From Negaprion brevirostris (Eukaryota), in contig JARDVH010000059.1 in NCBI GenBank assembly GCA_030324005.1, positions 53,468,817 to 53,532,816 on the forward strand: a stretch of 64,000 bases of DNA. Direction: 5' to 3'. The notes beneath the pieces are model-generated. The model made no database searches, was not told where the DNA came from, and saw only the letters and a list, made by a program, of their open reading frames with translations. Of the stretch, positions 23,171 to 36,799 are shown in pieces (within the stretch, counting starts at the first letter, position 1; each line of letters opens with the position of its first letter). The translations under genes and the position numbers were made by a program.

Positions 23171-23889
23171 TACAATTTCAAAGGTCTGTCAGATCAAAAT
23201 TTTCAGCCATATTAATATAAACTAATGTAAGATTTCACAAAAGGCCATTCTTGTTGAACTTTTGAGGTCTTATAATTATTATTGGAAAACTGTTAGGAAT
23301 GCAATTTGTAGGAGTAAATATAACCAAGGTCTGAAATGTACTACAGTTCTGAGAAAATTTATCAGCAGAGCGATGCACATTGAACTAGAAGGTGTGAGCA
23401 GCGTACAACAAACCTTGATTTTGCAGTAAGTGCTTTGCTTAAACTATACAACGGGATCAAATAACAAATCATTTGGTACAGTGTTATTTTGTCACAACTA
23501 TTACTACTTTCTTCACACAGATTATAGTAAATGTAAAGAAACAATATTTAAATTCCATATGTAAGTGGGTATTCCCAGTATTGAGTTGAAATGTATTTTG
23601 CTGCAGCAACAATATCCAGAAAAATGCACAAGAACAAATTTTAATTTTAGTGAGATTGAGAATAATAAAATGATGGATCCAGAGTTACTTCTTCCCCAGC
23701 TCTCCCCCAAGGCCCTGCAGCCAATTTCTCCCCTCTTTCCACCAACGGGGAAAGTGGAAGAAAATGATTATAAGCTGTGATTAGTAATATCATAAGAAAC
23801 ATAATTACTAAAACTAGGAGCAGGAGTCAGCAATTCAGCCCCTCAAACCTCCTCTGCCATTTAATACGATCATTATCTTTTCTTAACAG

Positions 23890-23977
23890 TGTCCTTGATA
23901 GTCCAAACCGTCTAGATGAAGAACATCGATTGATAGCACGGTACGCAGCACGACTTGCTGCTGAGGCAGCATCTTCA
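23890..23977 (+). CDS. DTNA: Alpha-dystrobrevin constitutive syntrophin-binding exon
   Basis: taacag|T ... TCA|gtgagt, 88 nt, phase 2-0. Encodes [29 protein letters not shown]. Confidence 0.97.
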
Positions 23978-24189
23978 GTGAGTAGTGAACCAAACAATCT
24001 GGTTTCTTTTTGCTCCATTTCTAATATGTTTAACTTAATTGCAGCTGAACAGCTCAATATTATCTGCCACATCACAAGTATATACATTTTTACAAGTTTC
24101 TTCAGAGCAGCAGTGCAATGTAAAGCCCACCTTGTGCATTTTGTCCAGAATCTGCAAATTGATTTCATAGCATTATCAGAATCACACAA

Positions 24190-24430
24190 TGGTTAGAGCA
24201 CAGAAGGAGACCATTCAGGTTGTTGTGTCTATAGTGGCTGCCAACAAGGATTTCTCAAGTTGGCCCACTCCCCTTGTTCTTTCCTTGGAGCCTTACAAAT
24301 CTGTTTTCTGCAGATGTTTATCCAATTCTTTTGTCAGAGCCTCACACCATTCAAAGCACCTTATTTTCAGGCAGTGTATTCCAAGTTCTAACCACTTACT
24401 GAGCAAAAAAAACATTTTCTTCACATCACC
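24190..24430 (-). mobile_element. Decayed CR1 3' fragment
   Basis: gcacagaaggagaccattcagg tail and caggcagtgtattccaagttctaaccac (reverse of VVRTWNTLP). Confidence 0.6.
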
Positions 24431-25809
24431 TATCCCGATGGCCAGCCCCGATTGCTCCTTATATGCGGGGGTGTTGCTGGAGGGGCGGGATGTTGGATTT
24501 CAGTCCCATGCCTGCCAATGCTATTCAAATTGAATGCAAATTAGGATTTAAATATATTATGCAGCTCTGCACTGATTTCTGGTGCGGAGCTGATGGCGCC
24601 AGAAATCAGGCTGCTGGAGATGAGTAGAGGCTGTGGCGCCCAGCGGATGAATCGACTTCTGCTAGATCTCCCAGCTCACTACATTGCAGCAAGCTGGGAG
24701 AATCACCCCCATTATCTTTGGCTTCACTTAAAAGTCTCACGGCAAATTCCACCCTATTCCCCAGCCTCAGGTTAAGCCAACTCTTTCTAACCTTGTCACC
24801 TTATTTGGTTGATATGAGCTTCAAATCCCTTCACCACCCATCACAATTACCACCTATTGCAATACCCTTACGTTGACCATCTGCTGATGAAATCCTATTT
24901 TTTCCTTTTGTTGCTTTTTTATGCTCACGTATTCCAAAGCTCTCTGGGCCAACCTTTCATCTCCAACTCTTCATAATACTATTCAACAAGCCTCTTTAAA
25001 TACAATATATAGCACAGAAACAGGCCATTTGGCTTAACTAGTCAATGCAGGCATATATGCTCCACTTGGGCCCCCTCCCTTCTTTCCTCATCTATTATTC
25101 TAATCTCATTTTTCAATCCTCACTATCCTCACCAACCCTGTCCTCATCAGCTCTCATTTAAGAGTTTAATCTTCATGGTCTGTGACATCCCCCAGCCGTA
25201 CTATCCTATATATATTCCTCCAAACCCAGGCTGTTTTCAATTTCCCATTCTCTTTGCCCCTCCATTGCGGCTATGCCTCCAGCTCGTTGGTTCTGAAATT
25301 CTGTCTAAATATCTGCATCTCTCCATCTCATTCATCTCCTTAACCTTTCAGTCATCCTTCCTAATATTTTCTTTCGTCCTCATCCCCTTTATCTGATTAC
25401 ATCTCTGGAGCACCTTGGAATGTTTATGTTAAAGGCACCACATAAATGTGAGTTGAAGTTTGATATCTGACCTATTCTGGTTCATTCGTTTTAAGTACAG
25501 CCTTCTGGAGACATTTCATGGTATACCATTAACAAATATATTTTTTCTGTACTTTGAATTGCTAAAAATATTTCCTTTCTGAGACATTAAGAGCTTTTAT
25601 ATACTTAATCCCAGTTTCCTTCCCATGACCAGAATTAATTTAATTACATTCCAGAACTTTTTTTGTACCTTATAACTGCCTATTTCAAAGTGAAGGCTAA
25701 TTGATGCAAGAAGGCTCTGTGTTCAGCCTTTAAATTAAAATTTATATTTACATATGAAAAGAAAATAAAAGTCAAAGAAACAATGTTATTCCTGCCCACC
25801 AGCTGATAA

Positions 25810-26095
25810 CAGTGCATGAGGCGGCATTAAAATGGAGTTGTGGAGCACAACCCACCCTTCCCAAACTGTTCATGCCTTTTTTTTTAACCACTTGGTATTT
25901 TGTTCCTAATCAAAAAAGCCAATTAAGTCCAGTCAGAGTCCCTACATAAGGGATAGACCAGATCCAAGCTGACAAGACAAGATAGACATTCCATCTTGTG
26001 CTTGATCAACACAAGATTCAAGCTGACAGCTTGAGGCATCACCACCCTTCCTGGGCTAGATCTGAACTTCATCTTAGTCAAAAGGCCAAGGTGGC
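25810..26095 (-). repeat. U2 snRNA-derived dispersed repeat, copy 2
   Basis: Minus strand ttggccttttgactaagatgaag versus U2 TCGGCCTTTTGGCTAAGATCAAG, then two copies of ..tgtcagcttg(a/g)atct, then ggcttttttga and tgctccacaactcca. Shares the non-U2 insert gatcaagc.caagatg with copy 1. Confidence 0.65.
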
Positions 26096-27438
26096 TTTAA
26101 AAAAAAATTGCATCAGGTGAAGCCTTGGTTTAACATCATTGGCCACCCTGATTCTTACTCTACGAACGCAAAACCATGATCGTAGGCATCAGCAAGGTCC
26201 AGTGCAATGGGTTAGCCGCATCCTCTGCTTGATCATTGAGTCTCCCCTGCTAGCTTCATGCCGTCCTCATTTTAGCTCATACACAGCTGGGTGTCTGCCC
26301 AAGTCAAGTGGGACCTAATTACATACCGAACTACGTCCCTTGGACGCATTTTTAACTGCAGATGGGCAATGGTATGTTGTTTCATATCTTAACCTATGCA
26401 GGGAGGTTTTGATGTAACTCTAGTCTGACTCAGACTTCAAAGCTACCTTGTTTATTCTATATTCATTACATACACGATGAGCTACTTGGTAAGCACATCT
26501 CTCTTGAGTACATACTATTCCATTTCCTCTACAGAATCTCGAGCACGTGACTGCTGATGTCACTGTTACATCATGATGCACATCACTAATTCATTACCAT
26601 AACTATTAACCTATTAATGGTCTGCCCAGTCCCCAAAACCTCCCAATGAAACCTGTCAATAGAATTTTTAATGATATTCTTGTGGAACACCTCAGGAGCC
26701 CAATCCTCTGAAGATAGACTTGCCTGACTGCTCGGGACTGTCCCTTTGGGTCCCCAGTGGCAGCCTCCTGTCACCCAAAGTATGGCTTACAAAAGCATGG
26801 CCTGCACATCATTCCCATGCAAGATTTGAGATAAAGATCAATCTGAGTTGTTTAAGTAAGGTCAAGGAGTTGAAATCTCCCAAGCCCATGCTGCAGGGAA
26901 CCAGGAGGTTTGCTGATCTCAATTTCATTGCCTGAAATCTTAAGATCTCAAATGTCATTTCAAAAACTGCTCTTCAGACAGGTAACAAATTTAAACAAAC
27001 TTCTTTATAGTCTCTCATACCATTCTCACTGCAGCATCCTTGCCGCTTTAGTTTGTCTTAGTAAAGTTAAATCTCTCAAACCTTTTTGTTGCAAACAAAA
27101 CATTCTNNNNNNNNNNAACCCTTGCATTGAAATGAAAATGCTGTGCTGATATCACAACTGAGTGACGGATCCATAATCAATCCCATTTTTGATTCTAATC
27201 TTCTTCATTTGATCTGCGGTTAAGGAGCACCCTTAAAAATGGAGAATATTTTCGGTGCATTCTTGTTTTAGTACGCTCGAGGTGCTCAAGTAAAGAAATC
27301 AGCTTTCTTGGTGATAGATCTGTGAAAGAATACTAATTGTGTATCCAACATGGATGAGAAAAAAAGGGTTCTGTGATTATCTGTTTAACAAACAAATGTT
27401 TGATGCAACCTAAAATAATTTTTTTCTCAACTTTCTAG

Positions 27439-27527
27439 CAACAACGTGCTCCCACTGATCTGTCCTGTACCATAGATGCAAATAAACAGCAGCGGCAGTT
27501 GATTGCCGAACTTGAAAACAAGAACAG
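27439..27527 (+). CDS. DTNA: Alpha-dystrobrevin exon, start of coiled-coil helix 1
   Basis: ttctag|CAA ... AG|gtaagc, 89 nt, phase 0-2. Encodes [29 protein letters not shown]. Confidence 0.97.
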
Positions 27528-29583
27528 GTAAGCGATGCAATCTTGATTCCATCTTTATGTCCCTTTGATTTGTTAATCAGTATGTTACATGTCCAGTAAG
27601 GAAGGACACAGTGCTAAAAACAATTCTTGGTTATAAAGAAGGATAGCAAGCAAGCTTTGGTAAGAGAGCTCATGAGGAATAATGATTTTAATTTGATCAG
27701 CTGNNNNNNNNNNNNNNNNNNNNNNNNNNNNNNNNNNNNNNNNNNNNNNNNNNNNNNNNNNNNNNNNNNNNNNNNNNNNNNNNNNNNNNNNNNNNNNNNN
27801 NNNTTCAGTGGAATGAAATGGTTGCCAACCTCCATTTCTGCTTTGCATTCTTTGGGACTTAACGACTATGTTTCAAGACAGGGCTTCAAATCATGCAACC
27901 CAGAAAAAAATGCCAAGTGTCCAGATAAAAGTTTTTTAAACACTTGTTTGCTGCTGCTTCTTGTAGCTATCCTACCAGGAAATGTGCTGTCTTAGTATGT
28001 CACACTCAATCTGCCTTGCACCATCCTCACACATCCACTGTGGGATGTACGCCTTCCAGTTATGGTGAGGTCAACCTTTCTTTCTGCTGCCTTTGACTTT
28101 GTCCTTTAGGATAGATCTCAATAGGTTTTCAGCTCTGATCAAATGGCCGGAATGCTGACATTTTTTTATCTGGATGTCGCTTTAAGAGTTATTTTTGTTT
28201 TTGCAATTTCTAGCACATTTTAATTGATCCTGTGGTCTTTATATGGAATTTTTAGCATCCACATTCCCCAGGAGGTCTTTATTTATTGTCCAGGTTTTTA
28301 AGGGACTTTGGAAAGTGGATAGAATGTAGCATCTTGTGAGTGGTTTTCCTCGTTACACATTTGAATTTTTTGTTAACATATCTTTCATCTTCATAAAATT
28401 ACTTTTGGCTATCTCTATCCTTCTTTTAATTTTGGTACTGCATCTGCCATTGTCTGTTATCATTTGTCCTAAATAGACAAATTTATCTTTTGGTGTGGTA
28501 CCATCCACTTCAATCTTCACTCCTGTTTCTTCAGATGCTTCATTTTAACTACCATCATTTTTGTGTTTTTGATGTTCATACTTGATGCATATTCTAAACT
28601 TGTAGATTTTACTACCAATTCAACAGTTGTTTATTAGTTAAAAGATGTTGGATATTGGGGAAACAATCCGTAAAATGGTGTTCCATGAGGGTGAACATAA
28701 ATGTAGCATGTTTAGGAAAACAGGATAGTTGGAGGCAGAAAATCATGTGTTGAAACCTCCAGGAATCTGTCCAAACAAAGAGCTAGCAATGCTAGATGAA
28801 AGATGGCCTCACCCAGATTCATTGAATAGAAAAAAAATGACAGATTAAATAATTGAAAAACTGTGGGAGATATTTAAATATGAGATACATAAAATACAGG
28901 TTTAATGCATAAGATTCAAAGTCTGGAGTTCAGTGGGTAATTGAGAGGCACAAAAAAAGTGAACTCCAATAGAGGAATATGTCAAATTGAGAGAGAATAG
29001 TATTGAAGAAAACGCTTTTAAAGATACAAGTACAAAAATGAACAATAAAAGGGAAATAGGAGGCCAGATAAGAAAGAAGATTTTTAGTCTGTTTGTACGT
29101 CTTTATAAGCACAATTTCTCTTCCACAGGGATATGTGATGTTTCAGTTTGGGGAATTCCCTCTTAAGTGGTAAACCTTATTGGAAACATTGTGCACCACA
29201 TTTTTCTAAGTTAGGTAAAAGCTATTAGAATGGCCAAGTCATATGGAAAGCTGAAGGAAGGGATGCAGTGGTATCAACCTGTTGAACTGGTGGATGGGAT
29301 TTTGTTCAATAAAACGGATAATTGCACTGTTAAATTTGAAGTTTGTATTCCCCTTAACCAAAATGCACTGTTTTTCCATAAATTCTCTAGCTTAGACAGG
29401 AACATGCCAAGAACTGAACCAAGCTAATAGTTCAGTGCGAAGACCTATTTGCTGAAAGATTTGATGTGCTTTGACTAAGTTCTGAAACAATCTAATGGCA
29501 GTGCTATACCAGTAATGTAGTATATTCTATTATTAATTTGTCTGTGTCAATATAAAGCCACAAATATGTATGTCTTTTGTCAG

Positions 29584-29697
29584 AGAAATCCTGCAAGAGA
29601 TACAGAGATTGAGGCTAGAACATGAGCAGGCATCTCAGCCCACACCTGAGAAGGCGCAACAGAATCCCACCCTCCTAGCAGAGCTCCGGATCCTTAG
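29584..29697 (+). CDS. DTNA: Alpha-dystrobrevin coiled-coil exon
   Basis: tgtcag|A ... AG|gtaagt, 114 nt, phase 2-2. Encodes [37 protein letters not shown]. Confidence 0.98.
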
Positions 29698-31779
29698 GTA
29701 AGTATTTGGAAATTTAATTAGTCCGGTGATAAGGTCAGTCACTGGCAGTTGCTCTCCCCTACTTTAAAATTTTCAGTCCAACCCTTCCTCTGCCTACGTC
29801 CTTCACTGTCCCCCACCCCACCAGCCCATCCTCACTTCTACCACTGCAGAAAACTTTTTCCATTTCCACCAGAAAAGGTTGGAGAAAAAAACATGTTGTG
29901 GATTTTAGCTTAACCGTAGTGCCCATTGCACAGTTAAGTTTTGATGGCATTCTCCACGCTGTGTATGGATGGTGAGAGAGGGTCGGGGTTTCAATCTTGT
30001 TCTCTTTAGTTTATTGACAAATTCTAAAGATAAAATTGTTGAGATCCATGGAGGTGAGGAATTCACTTGCATTGTTCTAGCTAAATCAGAGTAGGATAGA
30101 GGAGATGTGCTATGATAGAACATGAGTCAGAAAACCCTTGATCCCAGTCCTCAGTAGTTATGACACACCCAACGAGTTCTTTGATTCAGGCCATTTACAT
30201 CACAGTGGTAGGTACTTGCTCCATAATGGCACATCTAGGGGCAGTAAAGTGAACTTCTGGGCAGACACTTATAGGCTAAGCTGGGGAAGAGCTCCAAAGA
30301 TTTGAAGTTATTATAAGATGGTGAATCTTACTGGTGCCAAAATTTTGAATCTAGCTCGGAAACTCTGTTATGATCCTTATTTCTATGCATGGTAGATACT
30401 GCATGTCATATTGTGTTTCGGACATTAGAGCAAAGGTATGGCAGTATGGTTTCTGAACATGGAGTCTGAACGCAAATCTGCCATCAATCAGTCATTTAAG
30501 CCAGGATTCGTCTATCAATCCTCCAAAAAATAAGTCTGCCACTAGACGTAGTACAGTTCCTTCACACAAACAGGCCATTCAGGCACAGCAACAGTGGCCT
30601 AGCTACAACCTTAGCAGCCAGCATCCAGGAGGAGAAGGACCAGGGAATATCCAGCCCAACATATATCCCGCAACAGGCTAAACCTCCTGGAGTTATTTTA
30701 TAACTGATGTTTTCATTAAAGTAATTTTCATCGCCGAGTACCATAACCATCATACCTTCCAGTGTGTTATTTTGTCTCTGTGTTTAAGACTGAACATTAT
30801 TCCCCTATTAATTCCCACTCTGTCCATGCAATGGAAATTGATTCTATTCAATAACATTTGAATTGTCTGCTAGATGGGAGTGGGTTTGTGCTATCAGAGG
30901 CATACGCTTGTCCCGATGAACCCACCTATTTCCTTGTAAGACAGTGGCGGACTTGCAATGAAACACACCATGTGTAAACACTGGGCCCATGCCAATCCAA
31001 GGGGGGTGGGGGGGGGTGCCCATGCTGACCGGCATGTGTGGGTACGATGCAGAGCCTGATAGGGTCCTATCAACAGGCAATACAGAGCAATATTGGACTC
31101 TGGTTGAGTCCCCTAGAGCAAGAAAACACTAGTGAACATTGAAGTAACTAGGAGGGAGAGAGACAGCAGTCAAGATGAAGACCTCCTGTGTTTACTGAGC
31201 AACTTTTTTGTGAATTGGTGAAAAAGCCACAAGTGAGGGAGGTGGTGGGCCAGCTGGTGGTCGGGACTTGAAAGCAAGCCATCGTCAAGGGAAATGGGGA
31301 CAACTTGTCTCTCTCTCCCCCCCCCCCATGGCAGCCATCCAGCAATAAGGTGAGGTCATTGAGGTGAGGTGCAAGGCACTGCCTAGGCCAGGCGAATTGG
31401 CAAAAAAAAAGCCATGAGGGAGATGGTGAATGAGCCAACTAGCCATTTGGAAATGATGGTTCCATCATTGAGAGCAAGGGGAGTGGGGCAACTTGACTTT
31501 TAGGGCTCAAAAGGACAAAAAAGGCTGCTCTTTTGAAAATTCATATTCATTAATATCAAGAAATATCACTTAATATGAAGTGACACTTGGCAGATAAAAT
31601 GCAGAAAATTGAAGGTAGCCAAGAGAACAATCCTCAGCAAAAGGGCAATTTGTCATTTTACTTTAAAAAGTTTGACATATTGAATGGTGCACAAAAGTAA
31701 TTCCACATTCATCCTCATCCAAATGTTTGGATGAATTATCTGATGACTTAGTCTTGCCAATTTCTGGAAAAATTACACT

Positions 31780-31990
31780 GTCTGAAAAAGTTGAACAAGA
31801 TGTGGAATCTGAATTGTTGCAGGAGAAGTTTTGATAATGCTGCAAATATGGCAGGGAGATATTCAGGTAAACAAGCAAGACTGAACAATGCAAACCCCTG
31901 TGAATTGTTCATCCCCTGTTCCAGTCACTCCTTCAAAGCTGCAGCTGAATCCTGTGAGGTTTGGGAAAAAATTGCCTGTTGCCATGCCAT
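31780..31990 (+). pseudogene. hAT transposase fragment
   Basis: ORF 31791..32003 contains SFDNAANMAGRYSGKQARLNNANPCELFIPCSSHS, matching the hAT 'YDNAANMSG..GVQ...NP..FVPC.AHSLNL' block. Confidence 0.75.
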
Positions 31991-32415
31991 ATATTCAATG
32001 TAATCCTATGGTTTATTTTTATAATGTGCAATATCATGGAGAATTGACAAGCATAATATGAAATTTGATGAATTCACAAAATAATTCTGTAAGATCTAAA
32101 GATTTCACCAAGAAAACATTAGGAAATAAGTGCTCAATTTTGCTGCTCTTGACCATGGTAAATTTGGCTGTTTCTGTGACCAAAACACGAATGTTAACCT
32201 GTTGGATCTTCACCTTTACAGCTTTCTGAAAACATCTAATTACTTTAAATAAATTTTGAGGAGTTTGTTGGCACTACAAAGTACTTTGACTAACATCACC
32301 CGTTGAATCAGATGAAGTATTGTAGATTTGTTTATGTTGATGAAGAAAGATCCTTTTAAAAGCTGATGTGAATGTGTGTTAAATTAAAAGGTAGCTTTTG
32401 ACTTGCACTACACAG

Positions 32416-32512
32416 GCAGAGAAAAGACGAGTTAGAACAAAGGATGTCAGCACTGCAAGAAAGCCGCCGAGAATTAATGGTTCAGTTGGAAGGCCTGATG
32501 AAGTTACTGAAA
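32416..32512 (+). CDS. DTNA: Alpha-dystrobrevin coiled-coil helix 2 exon
   Basis: acacag|G ... AAA|gtaaga, 97 nt, phase 2-0. Encodes [32 protein letters not shown]. Confidence 0.98.
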
Positions 32513-33017
32513 GTAAGACTTTTTTTTTGTAAAATGAAAGCTCGATTAACAAAATGCAACAGATTGATGATATTGATGACTGCAGTTATGTTCTCAAACT
32601 GGGTGTCTTTTTTATATAGTTAAAAATATATCATAGTGAAACAATTGTACAATGTTAGACATTAGCAAATGTCATTGACATGTGAAGGATAATGGATTTC
32701 TTTTCCATAATATTTAGTCTGGCTATACTGAGGTTCGGAAGATGATGTGAACTGGGAACTTTCTTGAAGCTGCTCTCACTCTGTCACCATAACTTAATTT
32801 TTTTTTTTTTTACACGGCTGAGAAATTCATCTAAGAGTATTATTTTATTCAATTTCTTTTGCCTTTATATTCACTACTATAGTTTGTTCAAATTTATAAA
32901 GATGTACTAGTTGGCTAGAAACTCACATTTAAAAATAAATTAATTCTGTAGAACATTTAAAGAATCACATGATTATGTATTGTCTAAACAATACTTCATT
33001 TTTAAACTTTCAAATAG

Positions 33018-33092
33018 GAAGAAGAAATGAGACAGGAAGTAAGTTTCCTGATCTGGTTTTGGGCAATCATTGCATCTTCATTAATTATTTGA
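33018..33092 (+). CDS. DTNA: Dual-use exon: 21-nt cassette EEEMRQE (33018-33038) or alpha-dystrobrevin-2-type terminal exon
   Basis: aaatag|GAA GAA GAA ATG AGA CAG GAA|gtaagt (human EEELKQG|VS). Reading past the donor gives VSFLIWFWAIIASSLII* with TGA at 33090-33092. AATAAA at 33326-33331. Confidence 0.85.
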   Translation, partial: EEEMRQEVSFLIWFWAIIASSLII

Positions 33093-33419
33093 GTTTTCCC
33101 TAATGCTTTGTTTTGCTATCTGCCTGTGCTGTGTAGAAGTGAAAATACTTGCTTTTACTGCAATAAGCTGAGTTTAGTGTGGCAATTGATACTAATGTAT
33201 CTGAAATTATAAAGGTTGAATTTGGATTGATATGCTTAATGATTTGTAACTAAACACTTGCTTTAGTTATGAGAGCATGAATGTATTATAAAAACTCTGT
33301 TCTTTTCTGTGCTTTGATTCTTTATAATAAATACAAGTACAGGGAAGTATATGTACATCTACTATGCCATTACTTTATATAGCTTATTTTTAATATGTCC
33401 TGACCCCTGTGTGTTCCCA

Positions 33420-34020
33420 GATCATAATAGAGGAACAGAAGAAGGAGTCTGTTCTGTCGTCTAATAAAATCATGGCTGATTCTTAATGTCAACTCCACGT
33501 TCCAGCCCGATCTCCAAATTCTTGGATTCCCCTAGAGTCCAAAAGCCTGTCAGTGTCAGCTATGAATATACTCAGTAACTGAGTATCCATAGCCCTCTAA
33601 GTTGAAAATTTTATAAAATTACAACCCTCTGAGTGAAGAACTTTCTCATTTCAGTTCACAATGTTCAGTTGTTTAACCCAAGACAAGCTGTAAACACTCC
33701 AACCAAGGGAAACAACTTCTGAGTATTTACCTATCAGATCTTCTCAGAATCTTATGAGGTCAACTCTCCAAAGTCCAGAGTATAAGCACCTTATATTCAA
33801 TACTTCCTTGCAGGACAAACCCCTCTTCCCAGGAGTCTATTGAACCTTTGTTACACCCCCTTTAAGACAAGTATATCCTTCCAAAGGTATGGAAACCAAA
33901 ATGGTATACAGTACTCTGAATGTAGTCTCACCAAAGTCCTGCACAATTGCAACGAGTTCCTTTCTCTTATACTCCACCTCCCTTGCAATGAAGGCCAACA
34001 GACTATTTGCATTCTGAAAG
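33420..34020 (-). mobile_element. Decayed CR1 3' fragment
   Basis: ataggaacagaa-type tail, acaaccctctgagtgaagaactttctc, ggaaaccaaaatggtatacagtactc (reverse of EYCIPFW). Confidence 0.75.
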
Positions 34021-34346
34021 AAACTTGGGGCTGGATTCCTGCAGTCAGACTATAGACTTTTAATAAATGGCAGGCAGGATGTGAATATGGAAGTCCCTTC
34101 CTTACCGTCCTTTGAAGAAGTTGTTTTGTAACTCAAGCTGCCCACTCCAAATGTTTTATGGTGTGGCAAACCATATTATCAAAGGTCAACTGGCCTGATG
34201 AGCCTAATTGACCCTTGATTACTTATTTGAAAATGGTGGGTTGGCTGCCGATTTTTAGTGCTTCACAACTGCCATTATACCCAAAGTTAGATGTCTTCTG
34301 TGTGAATGATATAAGTGTAGTAACAATTTTTTTTGATTGTTTGCAG

Positions 34347-34512
34347 ACTCAGGGGGCAGGATCCCCTCGCTCTTCACCAAGTCACACTATTAGTCGGTCT
34401 GTTCCTATTCCAATGCCTATCAGATCAACCTCTGCCTGCTCAACTCCAACTCATACACCTCAGGACTCACTGACAGGGGTTGGAGGAGATGTACAGGAAG
34501 CATTTGCACAGA
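34347..34512 (+). CDS. DTNA: Alpha-dystrobrevin-1 unique-region exon
   Basis: ttgcag|ACT ... A|gtgagt, 166 nt, phase 0-1. Encodes [55 protein letters not shown]. Confidence 0.97.
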
Positions 34513-35529
34513 GTGAGTCACTGTCAAAATTAATGTTGTAAAAGTAGATATTGGGGAGAAATTGGTCTCTATTGTTCCTGTTTTTCGGAGGTATGATGCA
34601 TGGAATGATCGTTTTCCTGGCACAATTTTCTGTACTTCAATACAACCCACTCCTCTCTCTCCACCAGTGATCAGAACTGCATCAGATGCCAAATTGACCC
34701 CTGGCAATATCCAATTAGTTCTGGAGCCAACCTGAACGAGGTATTAAGTACCTTCAATATGCTAATCAGAGGTTGAAAGCCTGCCCAGGACTCTTAAATT
34801 CCACAAAAACTAGGGAGATAAATCTGTTTTTCCTGGTCAATAGCAGCCAATCAGTGGTCCTTAAAAGGACCCAGAGAAGGCTAATGGAGACGGGGTAAGT
34901 TTTTCCTTTATAACTTGCCTGAATGTGAAGTCAGGTAGAGCTTTTCCTGGCCACTCAGCAACCCTGCCAGTTCAGGGGCAGTGCTAATAAGATTCAAGAA
35001 GCCTAACACCAATACCACCTTAAACATTCACACCCTCCACCATTGATGCATAATGGCTGTAATATGTACCATCTACAAATGTACTGCACCAACAAGATTC
35101 TTTTGACCAACCCTTTCCAAACTTGTAATTGCTACCACCGAAGAGAATAATGGCAGAAGAGGCATAGAAACAACACCACCACCAGCAAGTTCTCTTTTCA
35201 GCCGCAAACTATCCTGACTTGGAACTATATTGTTAATCCTTCTCTGTCACTGGGTCAAACACCTGACATCCTCTCCAGAAACACTGTGGTTGTACGTACA
35301 TCAGCTGTCAACAAGATGGCTCACCATTGCTTTCTCATGGGCAGCTGTTGATGGGCCACAAATGTTGACTTTGCTAGTGATAATCACAGCCCATGAACAA
35401 AAAAGGTTTCCTCCTCCAACACCTCACTCCTTGCAAGAACTTGGCTGTGCACTGGTGCACAGGCACGTCCAATGGCAGGGGGCAGGGTTCCAAAGGGTGG
35501 TGGAGAATGAACATTTGGAGCCAGCAATC

Positions 35530-36760
35530 CTGGGATGACTAAAGATATAAAAGGTTAAAATAAGGTGGAGAAAGGTCCATGATACATGTAAGGCTAATAA
35601 CACAGTAACACATCCAAGCCAAAAATAGGAAGTTCAGAGTGGATCTCAAAGAAAAAAAGTGTTTGAAGAAAGAATATATGAAGAAATTCACAGCTGACAT
35701 TAAAAACTAATACAAGGTCTTTTAAAAACATATAATAAAAGGAGAGTCAAAGGAAAGGTCAGGCTGATAAGTGGCTTACAGGACTAGTTCTTGTGGAGTC
35801 AGAGGACATGGCTGAGATACTAAATAAGTACTAAGCATTTATCTTCATGAGAGAAGAGGATCCTGCTAATGTGTTGACAGAGCCAGAGGTAGTATTGATT
35901 TTGGATAATTTAGTAATAGATAAAGAGGCAGTATACAAATATTAGGAGTCTCAGAATAGAAATGTCACCCAGTCAGGCTGGTTTTTGATAGAAACAGGAG
36001 GAAGAATCGCAGAGGCTATAGCCACAATCTTGCTTGCATATGGAGCTCGTGTCAGAGATTACAAAAAGGGTGAGGGATAAAGAGGGAGCAAGCAAGTCAA
36101 CCCAATGTTAGTGGTAGAGAACCTTTTAGAGACAATAATTGGGGACAAAGGTTAATTGATGTTCAGAAATATATAGTTCAATGAATGAAAGTCAGCTCAA
36201 CACAGCACAGATTTGCTCAAGAAAAATTGTGTTTATCTGACTTGAATAAGTTATTTGATGTAGTAACAGAGGGTTGATGAGGATAATGCAGTTGATGTTG
36301 CGTCAATGGATTGTGAAGAGGCTTTGATAAAGTAGTCAATAAATAGCCCTGTTAGCAAACTTAAAGCTCATGAGATTGAAGGAACAGTGGCAAAGTAAGA
36401 TACAGAATTAGCTAAGGGATAGAAAACAGAACATAGTGATGAATAGTTATATTTCAGACTAAAAGAACATATACAGTGATGTTCCCTGGGGGTTAATACT
36501 AGGACTGTTGTTCTTTTTAATATATATTAATGATCTGATCATGGATATATAGGCATAATTTCAAAGTTTGCAGATGATATGAAATTCGGAAATGTAACAA
36601 AGAATCAAGAGGAAAGTAATAGGCTTCAGAATGACAGACTGGCAAAATGGACAGACAGAAGTTTAATGCATGGAATTGTGAAGTTTTATCTTTTGAAATG
36701 AAGAATAAGGGAAGGCAATATGAAACTAAAAATACATTTTAAAGGGAGTGCAGGAAATAG
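35530..36760 (+). mobile_element. Decayed CR1 ORF2 (RT region)
   Basis: Frameshifted remnants: QHRF, VDV..MD, SDVPWGLILGLLFFLIYINDL and ISKFADDMK. The 3' end continues at about 37140-37380. Confidence 0.8.
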
Positions 36761-36799
36761 GCCCACCCTGAACACTACACTTTTCATTTTTGCAGCAGT

